Positions 1-9,040 of a DNA stretch of 28,253 nucleotides are shown piece by piece (position 1 is the stretch's first letter; every line of letters starts with the position of its first letter). Source of the DNA: a virus (Duplodnaviria; Caudoviricetes); the IMG/VR virus record IMGVR_UViG_3300027563_000034, positions 1-28,253 of that record, one strand, 5' to 3'. Position numbers and translations under genes: made by a program. The notes under the pieces are model-generated. The model was not told the DNA's origin, searched no databases, and saw only the letters and a list, made by a program, of their open reading frames with translations.

Positions 1-2
1 GA

Positions 3-542
3 AACAAAGAGATCATTAGCACACTCAGTATCGTAGCACTAATAGCGGTTACTTCTAACGCTAGTGCTTCTTCAGATCTTGATACTAAAAACAATCTTAG
101 CCTGGAACAGGCTCAGATGCAAGAAAATGCCTCGAAAGAGGTTTTTTTGGTATCTAAAGCAAAAAGACTAGAGAGTTTTGAAAACAAGACATCTCTAACC
201 GATTTAGAACTTAAAGAACTCCTATCTCTAGTTGGCTTCAAGGGTAAAGACCTTGTAGTTGCCTGGGCGGTAGCCAAGAAGGAATCTAATGGACGACCAT
301 TGGCTTTTAATGGCAACCACAAGACTGGCGACTCTTCTTATGGCATGTTTCAAATTAATATGATCGATACACTTGGTCCTGATCGTAGAACTAAGTTTGA
401 TCTTGACTCTAACGCTGAACTCTTCAATCCCGTCAAGAATGCTGAAATTGCATACTACATGACAAAGGGTGGAGATGATTGGTCTTCATGGAAGGGCATT
501 ACGCCCAAGACCAGAATGTGGATGAACAAGTTTCCTAATTAG
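3..542 (+). CDS. Lytic transglycosylase / lysozyme-like (SLT-type) protein, 5'-truncated by the window edge, with a signal-peptide-like N-terminus
   Basis: Frame is open from base 3 (NKEIISTLSIVALIAVTSNASA...). SLT-like motifs: AVAKKES (catalytic E), SYGMFQIN, LFNPVKNAEIAY, WSSW. Confidence 0.8.
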   Translation, partial: NKEIISTLSIVALIAVTSNASASSDLDTKNNLSLEQAQMQENASKEVFLVSKAKRLESFENKTSLTDLELKELLSLVGFKGKDLVVAWAVAKKESNGRPLAFNGNHKTGDSSYGMFQINMIDTLGPDRRTKFDLDSNAELFNPVKNAEIAYYMTKGGDDWSSWKGITPKTRMWMNKFPN

Positions 543-777
543 GCCAAAAGCCTGCTGGGCATTTTGCATGCAAAAGTTTTGACTTAGCAGCCATAAAACA
601 TCCACATAACTTACATTGCTTAGTTGGCAAAAAGTTTGGGCATGATTTGCATATCTCATACCTTTGATCTGCAACATTTTTATCAGCATATTCCGTATTT
701 GGGTTAATAAAATCCCACGGTCTTGTTTCTCCTAAATTTTTTTTATATTTTTCCCAGGGGGAAAGGTTTTCTTCCAT
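535..777 (-). CDS. Small Cys-rich (probably Zn-binding) phage protein
   Basis: RYEICKSC...QCKLCGCFM..K.KL..AKCP..FW pattern; last gene of the minus-strand block. Confidence 0.7.
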   Translation of the reverse strand: MEENLSPWEKYKKNLGETRPWDFINPNTEYADKNVADQRYEICKSCPNFLPTKQCKLCGCFMAAKSKLLHAKCPAGFWPN

Positions 778-785
778 TATAAAAA

Positions 786-1154
786 TTACTCAACTATAAC
801 TTCTGGATTACTAGAAAGTAGTGCTATCATCATTTCATTTTTTGGATCATCTTTAATGCCGTAAAAAAGTTTATATTTACCACCAACCACAAATGCAAAT
901 TTTTTAAATCCATCATTAGATTTTGCAAGTGGTCTTATTTCTCTATTTTCTGAATCTATAAAATCTGTACCATTCCAAGCAGAATCTGGCTGTGGGTTAT
1001 ATGTTAGATTGGTTATTTCTACAATGGATGGACTTTTTGACAATACATTAAAAAATAATGTATCTGCTGAATTTATTGGCAATAATGTTTCAATATCTGT
1101 TTCAATGTTAATAAAATTAATAATATCAGAATCTATTTTTAGTTTAAATTGCAT
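786..1154 (-). CDS. Hypothetical protein
   Basis: ORF; the ATG at 1154 has an AAGGAG RBS and an upstream TGATATACT, so it is preferred over the 1205 start. Confidence 0.65.
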   Translation of the reverse strand: MQFKLKIDSDIINFINIETDIETLLPINSADTLFFNVLSKSPSIVEITNLTYNPQPDSAWNGTDFIDSENREIRPLAKSNDGFKKFAFVVGGKYKLFYGIKDDPKNEMMIALLSSNPEVIVE

Positions 1155-1195
1155 TTTTTTATTCTCCTTTTTAAATAGTATATCATATTGTATTC

Positions 1196-3214
1196 CTATG
1201 CACAACCATAGTCATCGGTGTATGTTGCACAAGGACCGCAGTTATTCAAATCAACATAATAATATGTTGCTGCCCATCCATTACAAACATAATCATCAAA
1301 TACGCAGTTTGGAGTACAAGATGCTGGGGTTGGTGTAAACGAGAATGCTGGGGTTGGTGTAAACGAGAATGCTGGGGTTGGTGTAAACGAGAATGCTGGG
1401 GTTGGTGTAAACGAGAATGCTGGTGCTGGAGCAAACGAGAATGCTGCTGGAGGTGTACAAGAAGCGCCAGATGCTCCATTATTTACACAAGTAATTCCGA
1501 CGTCTGATTGATAACATGGGCTATCTCCATTTGGAACATCTCCTTGTGCACATAAATGATATCCAGAAAGAAGAGCGGGATGAGCAGGTGCTACTGGTGT
1601 AAACGAGAATGCTGCTACTGGAGTAAACGAGAATGCTGGTGGAGTATAAGAACAACACCTATAGTTTCCTCCATCATTAGTTCCATCTGTATAATAAACA
1701 GTTTCAAATCTTTCTCCACCCTCTGGACAATATGAATCTGCTATACAGGCTGTCATTTCAGTACGTAAAACAATTTTTGGAGTAACTGGTGTAAACGAGA
1801 ATGCTGGGGTTGGAGTAAACGAGAATGCTGGGGTTGGAGTAAACGAGAATGCTGGGGTTGGTGTAAACGAGAATGCTGGTGGAGTATCTGGAACACAATC
1901 TTCGTATCTTTCGGAATAATGATATCCTGGAGGACAAACAGGTTCTACAGAACAATTCTGACTTTCTGTCCAAGGACCTGATCTTCCTGCTTGCCAAAAT
2001 GCTTCTAGTCCATCATCTACAGAACAATCTGCATAAGTGTATACGTTAAGTCTGTGTGTAGCAGTTCTTGATTGTGTTCCTCCAGAACAAGTTCCCCAGG
2101 AACTCCATTGATATTCATAAGTTGTTCCAGGAGTACAACTAGCAATGCAGTCTCTAAGTTCAGACCAAGGGGTAGACAAACCAAGGTTATAGTAATATTG
2201 TGTACCAGTAGTAATTGAGCAGTCAGCGTTTGTTGTTGAGTACTCTCTACTTGTTGCTTCTCTTCTTTGTTTTGCAGTAATGGTAGCACCGCAAACTCCC
2301 CATTCCCCATAATTATAAGTATATGTTGTTGCAACAGTGCACCCTGCAGCCACATAGTTCCACATAGTTAGAAGAACCCCTGTCTGTGAAGCAACTGCAG
2401 TTCCTGCTGCTGGAGATTGGCTTTGAACTTTGCCACTATTAGCAGAAAGGCTTGTAGTTGTTCCTGTTTGAACACCATCAACTACAAGACCTGCTGTCGC
2501 AATAGCAGTATTTGCTGCTGCAGATGTCAGCCCTACAACATCTGGAACTGTTTTATCTAGTACTACTGGAGTAGCAGCATTTGTTTTTACTAGACCCTGC
2601 GCTAATGCACTTGATCCAGTTTCATTTGGACCAGAATATACAAAAAGGGTTATATCATGATCATTATCTGGCGTAAGGCCAGTTGCAGTAACACTAGTTG
2701 ATGTTGTTCCTCTTAAAGTAAATCCTGGTTCATCATCTGAAAATCTTGGAACTACCATTAACAAGAAAGATTGTTGGGCGTTAGAAGACCAACTAATTGT
2801 TGCAGTTGTTGTACCTGTTGCAGTTCCTGATAAATTAGTAACAGACAATGTTGCTGGGGCTGGTGTAAATGAAAAAACTGAAAAAGGAACAAATGAAAAA
2901 ACTGTAAAAGGAACAAACGAAAATACTGAGAATGGTGTAACAGGTGCAAATGAAAACACTCCAAATGGTGTAAATGAAAAAATTCTATATGTAAAATCTA
3001 TTGGTGTCTCATAATCGGCAAGTACTCCTGAAGCCGTAGCCTGAGAAGAAACAATATTAGTTTTTGTATTATCTTCTTGTGTTACTGTTGACCTAGTCCC
3101 AATTGTTAAACCATTACTTTGGATTAATGCCTCTGCTGCTTCTTTTGATATTTCAAGGATGTTTGGTACTGAAACCATTCCTTTAGAAGCAGACCATTTG
3201 CTAATCCAACCCAT
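1196..3214 (-). CDS. Multidomain virion/receptor-binding-like protein: PASTA, F-rich repeats, FN3, PASTA, TSP1-like Cys repeats, PAFSFTPT repeats
   Basis: PASTA-like VSVPNILEISKEAAEALIQSNGL and TVPDVVGLTSAAANTAIATAGL...VQSQSPAAG. FN3-like ATISWS...TGLTPD. TSP1-like WSSWGTCSGGTQSR and YGEWGVC. Lies among tail genes. Confidence 0.75.
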   Translation of the reverse strand: MGWISKWSASKGMVSVPNILEISKEAAEALIQSNGLTIGTRSTVTQEDNTKTNIVSSQATASGVLADYETPIDFTYRIFSFTPFGVFSFAPVTPFSVFSFVPFTVFSFVPFSVFSFTPAPATLSVTNLSGTATGTTTATISWSSNAQQSFLLMVVPRFSDDEPGFTLRGTTSTSVTATGLTPDNDHDITLFVYSGPNETGSSALAQGLVKTNAATPVVLDKTVPDVVGLTSAAANTAIATAGLVVDGVQTGTTTSLSANSGKVQSQSPAAGTAVASQTGVLLTMWNYVAAGCTVATTYTYNYGEWGVCGATITAKQRREATSREYSTTNADCSITTGTQYYYNLGLSTPWSELRDCIASCTPGTTYEYQWSSWGTCSGGTQSRTATHRLNVYTYADCSVDDGLEAFWQAGRSGPWTESQNCSVEPVCPPGYHYSERYEDCVPDTPPAFSFTPTPAFSFTPTPAFSFTPTPAFSFTPVTPKIVLRTEMTACIADSYCPEGGERFETVYYTDGTNDGGNYRCCSYTPPAFSFTPVAAFSFTPVAPAHPALLSGYHLCAQGDVPNGDSPCYQSDVGITCVNNGASGASCTPPAAFSFAPAPAFSFTPTPAFSFTPTPAFSFTPTPAFSFTPTPASCTPNCVFDDYVCNGWAATYYYVDLNNCGPCATYTDDYGCA
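1320..1450. repeat. 24-bp coding tandem repeat (PAFSFTPT), array 1
   Basis: About 5 copies of gaatgctggggttggtgtaaacga; 2 further units at ~1594-1640. Confidence 0.9.
1787..1880. repeat. 24-bp coding tandem repeat (PAFSFTPT), array 2
   Basis: About 4 copies of the same 24-mer. Confidence 0.9.
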
Positions 3215-3222
3215 GATTAGAC

Positions 3223-3852
3223 CTACGCTGTCAAATCGCCAATAAGAATCCAGGTATCGGTATCAGTTTTTACTAGCGAACCACCAGAATATCTTGCAGC
3301 AATTTTCTTATTTGAATTTTTACTTAAGACAGTTACACCGCTTGCTTCGCTAATGAAAACACCCCCAACACCGTATCTAATAAGATCTACTCTTTGACCA
3401 ATTAAAATAGGAACTGCTGCATTTGTTGGAATTGTGATTATGACATCTTGGTTTGATGTAATTTTTAAAGTTTTTCCAACATCAGATAAACTCAATGTTT
3501 TGCTGGCGGAGACTGATGCTAAATAAACAGAATCAGAATACTCTCTCCAAGAACCATTATAATAATATTGGATCTGGTTTATAATATCTCCATTATCTGT
3601 TTGCTGAATAAAACAAACAAGCCCATTAATTGGGTTTGCAATAACATCATTACGAGATGATGGATTTAAAAAATTATTTACTCCACCTTTTGCACGTACA
3701 ACTGTTTCATAGGTTGCTGAATTTAAAAATTTATGAGTACCGCTCCAAATATAGTTTGCAGTTGTATTTGTGCTTCCAGTAACTGGATACCAAGTATCAT
3801 CTTCTAAATCGTATAGGTATGCTAACTTACCATCATCGCTAACTGTTGACAT
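3223..3852 (-). CDS. Tail/tail-fibre-associated protein
   Basis: C-terminal module TLSLSDVGK...ITIPTNAAVP..IG....SGVT...ARYS..SLVK..TDTWILIGDL is typical of phage tail proteins. The start at 3852 overlaps the upstream stop (TAATG). Confidence 0.7.
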   Translation of the reverse strand: MSTVSDDGKLAYLYDLEDDTWYPVTGSTNTTANYIWSGTHKFLNSATYETVVRAKGGVNNFLNPSSRNDVIANPINGLVCFIQQTDNGDIINQIQYYYNGSWREYSDSVYLASVSASKTLSLSDVGKTLKITSNQDVIITIPTNAAVPILIGQRVDLIRYGVGGVFISEASGVTVLSKNSNKKIAARYSGGSLVKTDTDTWILIGDLTA

Positions 3853-4298
3853 TATACTCCAATCGGCTTCCATGAATTTGTCAATGAATCAAAAATATAC
3901 ATACTTAATGGGACTGAATCTCTATCTACCCACAACGCACCGTCTGTTACAGTATTTGATGCTGGAGGAGTGTTTGTAAAGATTGCAGATGGGAAAACAA
4001 CAGAATTAGAAGCAGAAGAGTTTTTCTTCATCCAAACATATCCTTCTATTGGAGTCGCTGGAGCATTATTTGTTACAGCGGATCCAACTCCTCTTGTATT
4101 AATTATTTCTATATCATCTTTTATTTCTTGTAAATAATGAGCAATTGATTCTGGAAGAATTTGTGCAGTTGTGGCTGGTGGGGTTGTTGTTCCATAAAGA
4201 AAAAGTCTTAGCGCAGCGACTATGTCAGCAGCATCGCCATATGATGGGATCTGAGTATTGAAAGGTCCTTCTGCATTAGGGTTTATATCTTGAGCCAT
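3852..4298 (-). CDS. Hypothetical virion protein
   Basis: 148-aa ORF with a GAGGTGG RBS; P..P..G..W motifs of tail proteins. Confidence 0.65.
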   Translation of the reverse strand: MAQDINPNAEGPFNTQIPSYGDAADIVAALRLFLYGTTTPPATTAQILPESIAHYLQEIKDDIEIINTRGVGSAVTNNAPATPIEGYVWMKKNSSASNSVVFPSAIFTNTPPASNTVTDGALWVDRDSVPLSMYIFDSLTNSWKPIGV

Positions 4299-4318
4299 TT
4301 TTAACCACCTCTAAAAAA

Positions 4319-4900
4319 TTATACCATACTAATAAAGAGATGAACAACCAAATTTCCAGATAAACCTGCCCAGGATCCACTCTCAAGAGTTACTCCACGA
4401 ACAGTTATTGGTAATCCACGGGATGCCCCATTGGTTACTATGTCTCCTATTAGAACAGAACTTGCTATTGGAGTTTGACTTCCAACAATATTATGAATAA
4501 CAGCAAAATCTGAAGCATTTACGGAAGTTAACATATCTTCTGGAACAATATCAATAAGGTTTACAATAATTTCAGTATTTCCATTAACAAAGGTTCTTGA
4601 TTCATTTTCTGAGTATTGATTTGTAGTCATTTTAAATATTTTTTCCCAAGTCTCTACACCAGAGTCATTTATTCTTTGATATAAGAACTGATAGTCAGCA
4701 TCAGATGGATTAACATTTATACATAGATCAAAAACCTTAAATGTTTGATTTCCTCCTATAGAAACTAGGTTTGGGTCTCCAACAGAAGTAAAAATCTTGC
4801 TTCCTCTTTCGCCGTCTGGCCCAATATCTAAATCTACACTTATAGAGTCTGGCCCACCAAGAATTGTTATATCTTCTGTATCAATTAAAACGTCTACCAT
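4319..4900 (-). CDS. Hypothetical virion protein
   Basis: 193-aa ORF adjacent to 4901..5317; short GPDGERGS collagen-like motif. Confidence 0.65.
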   Translation of the reverse strand: MVDVLIDTEDITILGGPDSISVDLDIGPDGERGSKIFTSVGDPNLVSIGGNQTFKVFDLCINVNPSDADYQFLYQRINDSGVETWEKIFKMTTNQYSENESRTFVNGNTEIIVNLIDIVPEDMLTSVNASDFAVIHNIVGSQTPIASSVLIGDIVTNGASRGLPITVRGVTLESGSWAGLSGNLVVHLFISMV

Positions 4901-5317
4901 TTAAGACCCCAAACTTGGGTTTGTTATATCCTCAACAACAGTTATAACACCAGTAAGAACTGTTAAAACTTTATTGTACGTTAGAGTATTAGAAACCGAA
5001 GCCTTTTGAACAATTTGAATATCATAAACATATTCAACTGCAGAGTTTAAAAGGTTTCCATCACCTGGTCTAATTGCACATATTAAATATGTGTTATCTG
5101 CAGATATTGACGCATAGGCCTTAACTACAGCAGTGTTTGATGAATAATTAAGACCTCTTGTTGGGGCTATTGTAAATTTTGGACCAGAGAGTTCAACTTG
5201 GCTGTGGTCAAATTGAGAAAGATTGTATGGTGTCCCGTCGGACTTTTTTGGGTATACACGAAATTCATAAGTGTCACCTTTATAGTATGTAATATTCATT
5301 GTGCCTGGGAATGCCAT
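4901..5317 (-). CDS. Hypothetical virion protein (BppU-N/Ig-like fold suspected)
   Basis: YYKGDT...YVYDIQI...VLTGVITV pattern; leaderless start (TGGTATAAT-N6-ATG). Confidence 0.6.
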   Translation of the reverse strand: MAFPGTMNITYYKGDTYEFRVYPKKSDGTPYNLSQFDHSQVELSGPKFTIAPTRGLNYSSNTAVVKAYASISADNTYLICAIRPGDGNLLNSAVEYVYDIQIVQKASVSNTLTYNKVLTVLTGVITVVEDITNPSLGS

Positions 5318-5334
5318 AACTTTATTATACCATG

Positions 5335-6066
5335 TTACCTGACTGAAACAGCAATACTTTTTAATATGACTATAGAGTCCATATCGGTTCTTACCTGTGG
5401 AACAATGCCAGAAATCTTGTCGGCATCTGAATTTAAGAACAGATTTTGAGTAACAGAAAGATCATACGAATACTGATATTTTAAAGATGCTACAAAAGAT
5501 ATAACCTCAGCCTTGCTTTCTGGAAAAAATGACCTAAACCATACTTCTGTATTCGAAGAATATGTTGTTATTTCAAAATCATAGGTTATTTGAAGTTGAG
5601 TTCCCAACTCTAATCCTTTAAGGTTAATTCTTTTAGTTTCTTTTCCATATAGACCCTTAGAGTTTTCTGGAAGATAATCTTCAACTGTTTCACGTGAAAC
5701 ATTTCCAAGAACAAGGCTTACCCAACCGTCTTCTCCAAAAGATGCTCCTGTTTTTGTTGGTTTTGAATTATCAGAAATATACTTTGCCCATCCTGGTGGC
5801 TGTCCATAGTTTGGAAGAAAGGTTTTACCATCTTGTCCCTTTTGTCCAGTATCTCCTTTTTGTCCTATTTGTCCTTGTGGTCCTTCTGGACCAACTGATC
5901 CGTCTATGCCATCTCTACCTGCTGGTCCTTGAGGACCTTGTGGTCCAGGGACTGGAAGAAAGGATAGTGTATTTTCTTGGTATGGAGATGCTTGATTCTG
6001 TTCTACTTGTGCAGCATAAGAAGATTTTTTTGCACTTGGAAAGTCCATAGATTTAGAGGTAGCCAT
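5335..6066 (-). CDS. Collagen-like (G-X-Y) repeat protein
   Basis: About 14 G-X-Y triplets, GPQGPQGPAGRDG...GQDG. Confidence 0.8.
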   Translation of the reverse strand: MATSKSMDFPSAKKSSYAAQVEQNQASPYQENTLSFLPVPGPQGPQGPAGRDGIDGSVGPEGPQGQIGQKGDTGQKGQDGKTFLPNYGQPPGWAKYISDNSKPTKTGASFGEDGWVSLVLGNVSRETVEDYLPENSKGLYGKETKRINLKGLELGTQLQITYDFEITTYSSNTEVWFRSFFPESKAEVISFVASLKYQYSYDLSVTQNLFLNSDADKISGIVPQVRTDMDSIVILKSIAVSVR

Positions 6067-6120
6067 GGATACATTATCTCACAAGTTTTAAAGTATTGGG
6101 TATGTCTATATTGTTAATAA

Positions 6121-6846
6121 TTAAGACTGTAAAGCAAGCGCACCAGTTTTTGCTAGAAATAAACCGTATTCAATTCCATTAATTCCACCACTATGTTGTT
6201 GATAAGAAGCCGCTAAGCCAGATTGCCACTGATTCCACTCAGAAGCAGTGTATGATAATGTCCAAATTTCTTTACCTGCGCCACCAATTTCTACGTTTAA
6301 AGTTGGAACACCTAATTCAATATATATACTTAAATTCATCTCAGCAGTTGCATGTGCTTCACTCTGAAAATGTTTAAATGCCCACATTTGAGGAATCCCT
6401 ATAGATGTAGCGTAATTCATATATGCATCTACTTGTGGAGTTCTTGCAATTGCAATTGTATCTCCGTATGCACCATAATTAAAATGTTCGTAAGGTACCA
6501 AGTAATTTCCTGCACCACTAGAAGCCGTTAATGGTAGAAATGCTGGAAGACCTGCAACTATAAGGCCATTTGTATAAAGTGTCCAAGATGCAGTTCCTGG
6601 TGGATAGCCTGGATTTCCTGGATTAGTAGATCTTATAAATAGTTGTCCTGGATTTCCATAAGGACTTCCAACTGGGATACTTACAATTCCTCCGATTGGA
6701 TATGAAGCACCGTTGTTATATTCGCCTAAGTAGTTTGGGTATTGTCCATCTGCACCATCTGCACCATTTGTACCATTTGTACCATTTGTACCTGGCGCAC
6801 CTGGAGTTCCATCTCCGCTACCACCTGTTGTAGTAAAACGTGCCAT
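6121..6846 (-). CDS. Collagen-like protein with a possible carbohydrate-binding module
   Basis: GTNGTNG repeats, then YNNGASYPIGGIVS...PPGTASW, which resembles short CBM5/12-like modules. Confidence 0.65.
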   Translation of the reverse strand: MARFTTTGGSGDGTPGAPGTNGTNGTNGADGADGQYPNYLGEYNNGASYPIGGIVSIPVGSPYGNPGQLFIRSTNPGNPGYPPGTASWTLYTNGLIVAGLPAFLPLTASSGAGNYLVPYEHFNYGAYGDTIAIARTPQVDAYMNYATSIGIPQMWAFKHFQSEAHATAEMNLSIYIELGVPTLNVEIGGAGKEIWTLSYTASEWNQWQSGLAASYQQHSGGINGIEYGLFLAKTGALALQS

Positions 6847-6848
6847 TA

Positions 6849-7121
6849 TTATTCAAGACCTGTCTTAAGAACTGCAATTGCTGAACCATTAACATTTGTT
6901 ATTGCATATAGCGCATTTGTTCCAGGTAGTTCAACAGAAAATGCTGATCCTGGAGCAATACGATATCCGTAGTCAGATGCTGTTACTCCTTCTCCACCAA
7001 CATATACATATGCTGATGCGTGAATGTTTTGAATTGTAATATCCATTCCAGAATGCATTCCGTTTGGAGTTAATCGGGTAGCAGTTGTGCTATCAAGGGT
7101 TACGAGGGCATGTAGTGTCAT
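6849..7121 (-). CDS. Hypothetical virion protein
   Basis: 90-aa beta-rich ORF; leaderless (TGGTACAAT-N6-ATG). Confidence 0.65.
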   Translation of the reverse strand: MTLHALVTLDSTTATRLTPNGMHSGMDITIQNIHASAYVYVGGEGVTASDYGYRIAPGSAFSVELPGTNALYAITNVNGSAIAVLKTGLE

Positions 7122-7137
7122 ACTTAGATTGTACCAC

Positions 7138-7221
7138 TTATTTTACTTTAAAGGTTTTGTCTTTAATTCTAATTACTGAAGGCAACTCAGGTCTTGGAGT
7201 TGTAACTTTTACTATGCTCAT
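7138..7221 (-). CDS. 27-aa micro-ORF MSIVKVTTPRPELPSVIRIKDKTFKVK (not in the ORF track)
   Basis: ATGA overlap with the stop of 7218..8099; fills the gap up to the next promoter. Confidence 0.55.
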   Translation of the reverse strand: MSIVKVTTPRPELPSVIRIKDKTFKVK

Positions 7222-8099
7222 GCTTTTCGATATACGCCAGAAAAGTTAAACTGTATTCCGTTTTCGTTTCTTCCTTGGGGTGTGAATTCACTTGCGTTAT
7301 TTGCAGGAATTTCGTCAGTGTTGTCAGCCAAAGCCTGAACAAGATTTGCTGGCCAGGTTGAATTTATATTTTTATATCCTACTGTTTTTGTGTTTCCTGG
7401 GTATCCAGCAACAACGTTTGTTTCTGGCTCTTGATTTAGTGCAGTAAGGAATGCCATTCCAACCAAATCAGCGCTGGTAGGCCATGTTGCTGGATATGGA
7501 TATCCAGGAAGATTAGCAGTATAGTTTCCAGTTTCTGTTCTTACATAAGTTCTTAATATTGCACTTGCATTTAGAAAATGATACTCGTTGTCTTGATAAG
7601 AATTTTCTGCCGTTATAAGGCCGTACTCTGGAGTTGGATCTACATCTGCTGTAACCCTAAACCATCCATTAGCAATAGTTCTGTTATAAGCATTTTTAAT
7701 TGGACTTCCTGTGACGGAATCATTTGCAAAATATGGAGGAAATGGTAATTCAAAAGCCCAACTTCCTACAGATCCCCAAGACACTGGATTGCCCATTAAC
7801 ATTCTGAACTCCCAATGAACTAAATCTCCAACACAGTAATAATAACCCATCTTGTTTGCTTCATAGCCAGAATTTGCAACTGAAACATCTATTCCACTGT
7901 GAAATGCAAACTTAGTATCCCAAGTTCCTGAAGTTGGAATTAGTCCATTTGTACCATTAGTCCCGTTTGTACCTGGAACACCTTGCAAACCATTAGTTCC
8001 GTTTGTACCATTAATTCCATTTGTACCGTTAGTTCCTGCGGGACCAGTAGGACCAACTACTGCCACTCCAGGCATTGGAACAATTTTAATAACTGCCAT
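7218..8099 (-). CDS. Collagen-like tail fibre protein
   Basis: GPTGPAGTNG repeats followed by a GYYYCVGDLVH...FELPF tail-fibre-like module. Confidence 0.7.
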   Translation of the reverse strand: MAVIKIVPMPGVAVVGPTGPAGTNGTNGINGTNGTNGLQGVPGTNGTNGTNGLIPTSGTWDTKFAFHSGIDVSVANSGYEANKMGYYYCVGDLVHWEFRMLMGNPVSWGSVGSWAFELPFPPYFANDSVTGSPIKNAYNRTIANGWFRVTADVDPTPEYGLITAENSYQDNEYHFLNASAILRTYVRTETGNYTANLPGYPYPATWPTSADLVGMAFLTALNQEPETNVVAGYPGNTKTVGYKNINSTWPANLVQALADNTDEIPANNASEFTPQGRNENGIQFNFSGVYRKA

Positions 8100-8479
8100 T
8101 ATAGACTACCCGTAATATCACCAAGGACTGATATAGTTCCAATCAATGGTGTCCAAATTGTTTCTCCATCAATAGTTACTTGAAGGTCAAAAGTTAATTC
8201 TGTTACAACTGATTTGTAACCAGTTCCCCATAGTTCAGTAATAGATGATGGAGCCATAATGTCTGCATACCCATTTCCATGAGTAACCTCTAACTCATCA
8301 ATTATTTGTGTTTTTGGATCATAAGCGCTTGCTTTAAATACCCAACCAGAGGTATCAAAATATGTGGTTTCGTCATCTTCTAAAAATTCAACACGAAGCG
8401 GAGAAGTATCTCCTCTAATAATTTGCCATCTAATTCTGGCTGGGTCTGCCCCAAAAACCTCTGGTCCATGCATAGTCAT
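8099..8479 (-). CDS. Hypothetical virion protein (BppU-N-like)
   Basis: IIRGDT...FDLQV...WTPLIGTI pattern; leaderless start at 8479 (TGGTATAAT-N6-ATG). Confidence 0.65.
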   Translation of the reverse strand: MTMHGPEVFGADPARIRWQIIRGDTSPLRVEFLEDDETTYFDTSGWVFKASAYDPKTQIIDELEVTHGNGYADIMAPSSITELWGTGYKSVVTELTFDLQVTIDGETIWTPLIGTISVLGDITGSL

Positions 8480-8494
8480 AATGCGATTATACCA

Positions 8495-8550
8495 CAAAAA
8501 ATGACTAATACCATGATCGGTGGGTATAGGACAAACCATGGCATTAGACT
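8495..8550 (-). ncRNA. Candidate ~55-nt hairpin small RNA or attenuator
   Basis: Own TGGTATAAT promoter at 8556-8564; 13-bp stem with G-U pairs that work only on the minus strand; followed by U6. Confidence 0.4.
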
Positions 8551-8744
8551 TTAAAATTATACCACAAAAAGGACAATACAGACATGATATTAAAGTTTAC
8601 CAAATTGTTACAATTAGATATGTCCGTTTTGTCACAATAAGTCTTTTATGCCAGGATATCGATAGTGTATACTTTAAATATATAAGAAATAAGAACTATC
8701 TTTATAGTTTTAAAAGATATCTTTATATATAGTATATAGCAAAA

Positions 8745-9011
8745 TTATTTATTAAGTTTGTCAATGTGATCAAGTAACATTTTATACATATCGTCAATTT
8801 TCTTTTCTTGACGATCTCTAGATTTTATAGAGTCAATTCTCTGTTCGTCAACAGCACTTTCTAATCTCGAAATTTGATCTTTCATCGATGATCCAGAATT
8901 GGGCTTAAGTTCGCTGAGATAATGTTTTACCATCCACTTGATTCCAAAGGCAATTGATGATACAATTGTAAGTATGGCTACGATTAGGGAAGCCCAGTCT
9001 TGGATTGTCAT
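8745..9011 (-). CDS. Small membrane protein (holin-like / actinophage membrane protein)
   Basis: One N-terminal TM helix, then ELKPNSGSSMKD and a coiled coil; leaderless start. Confidence 0.6.
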   Translation of the reverse strand: MTIQDWASLIVAILTIVSSIAFGIKWMVKHYLSELKPNSGSSMKDQISRLESAVDEQRIDSIKSRDRQEKKIDDMYKMLLDHIDKLNK

Positions 9012-9040
9012 AACATTATTATAAGGGACGTTTATACTAA

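Noticed and set aside
1320-1880. 24-bp repeats as a CRISPR array
   Set aside because: The units are contiguous with no unique spacers, stay in frame and encode PAFSFTPT.
1196-8099. Diversity-generating retroelement acting on tail proteins
   Set aside because: No reverse transcriptase and no TR/VR pair with adenine-specific mismatches was seen.
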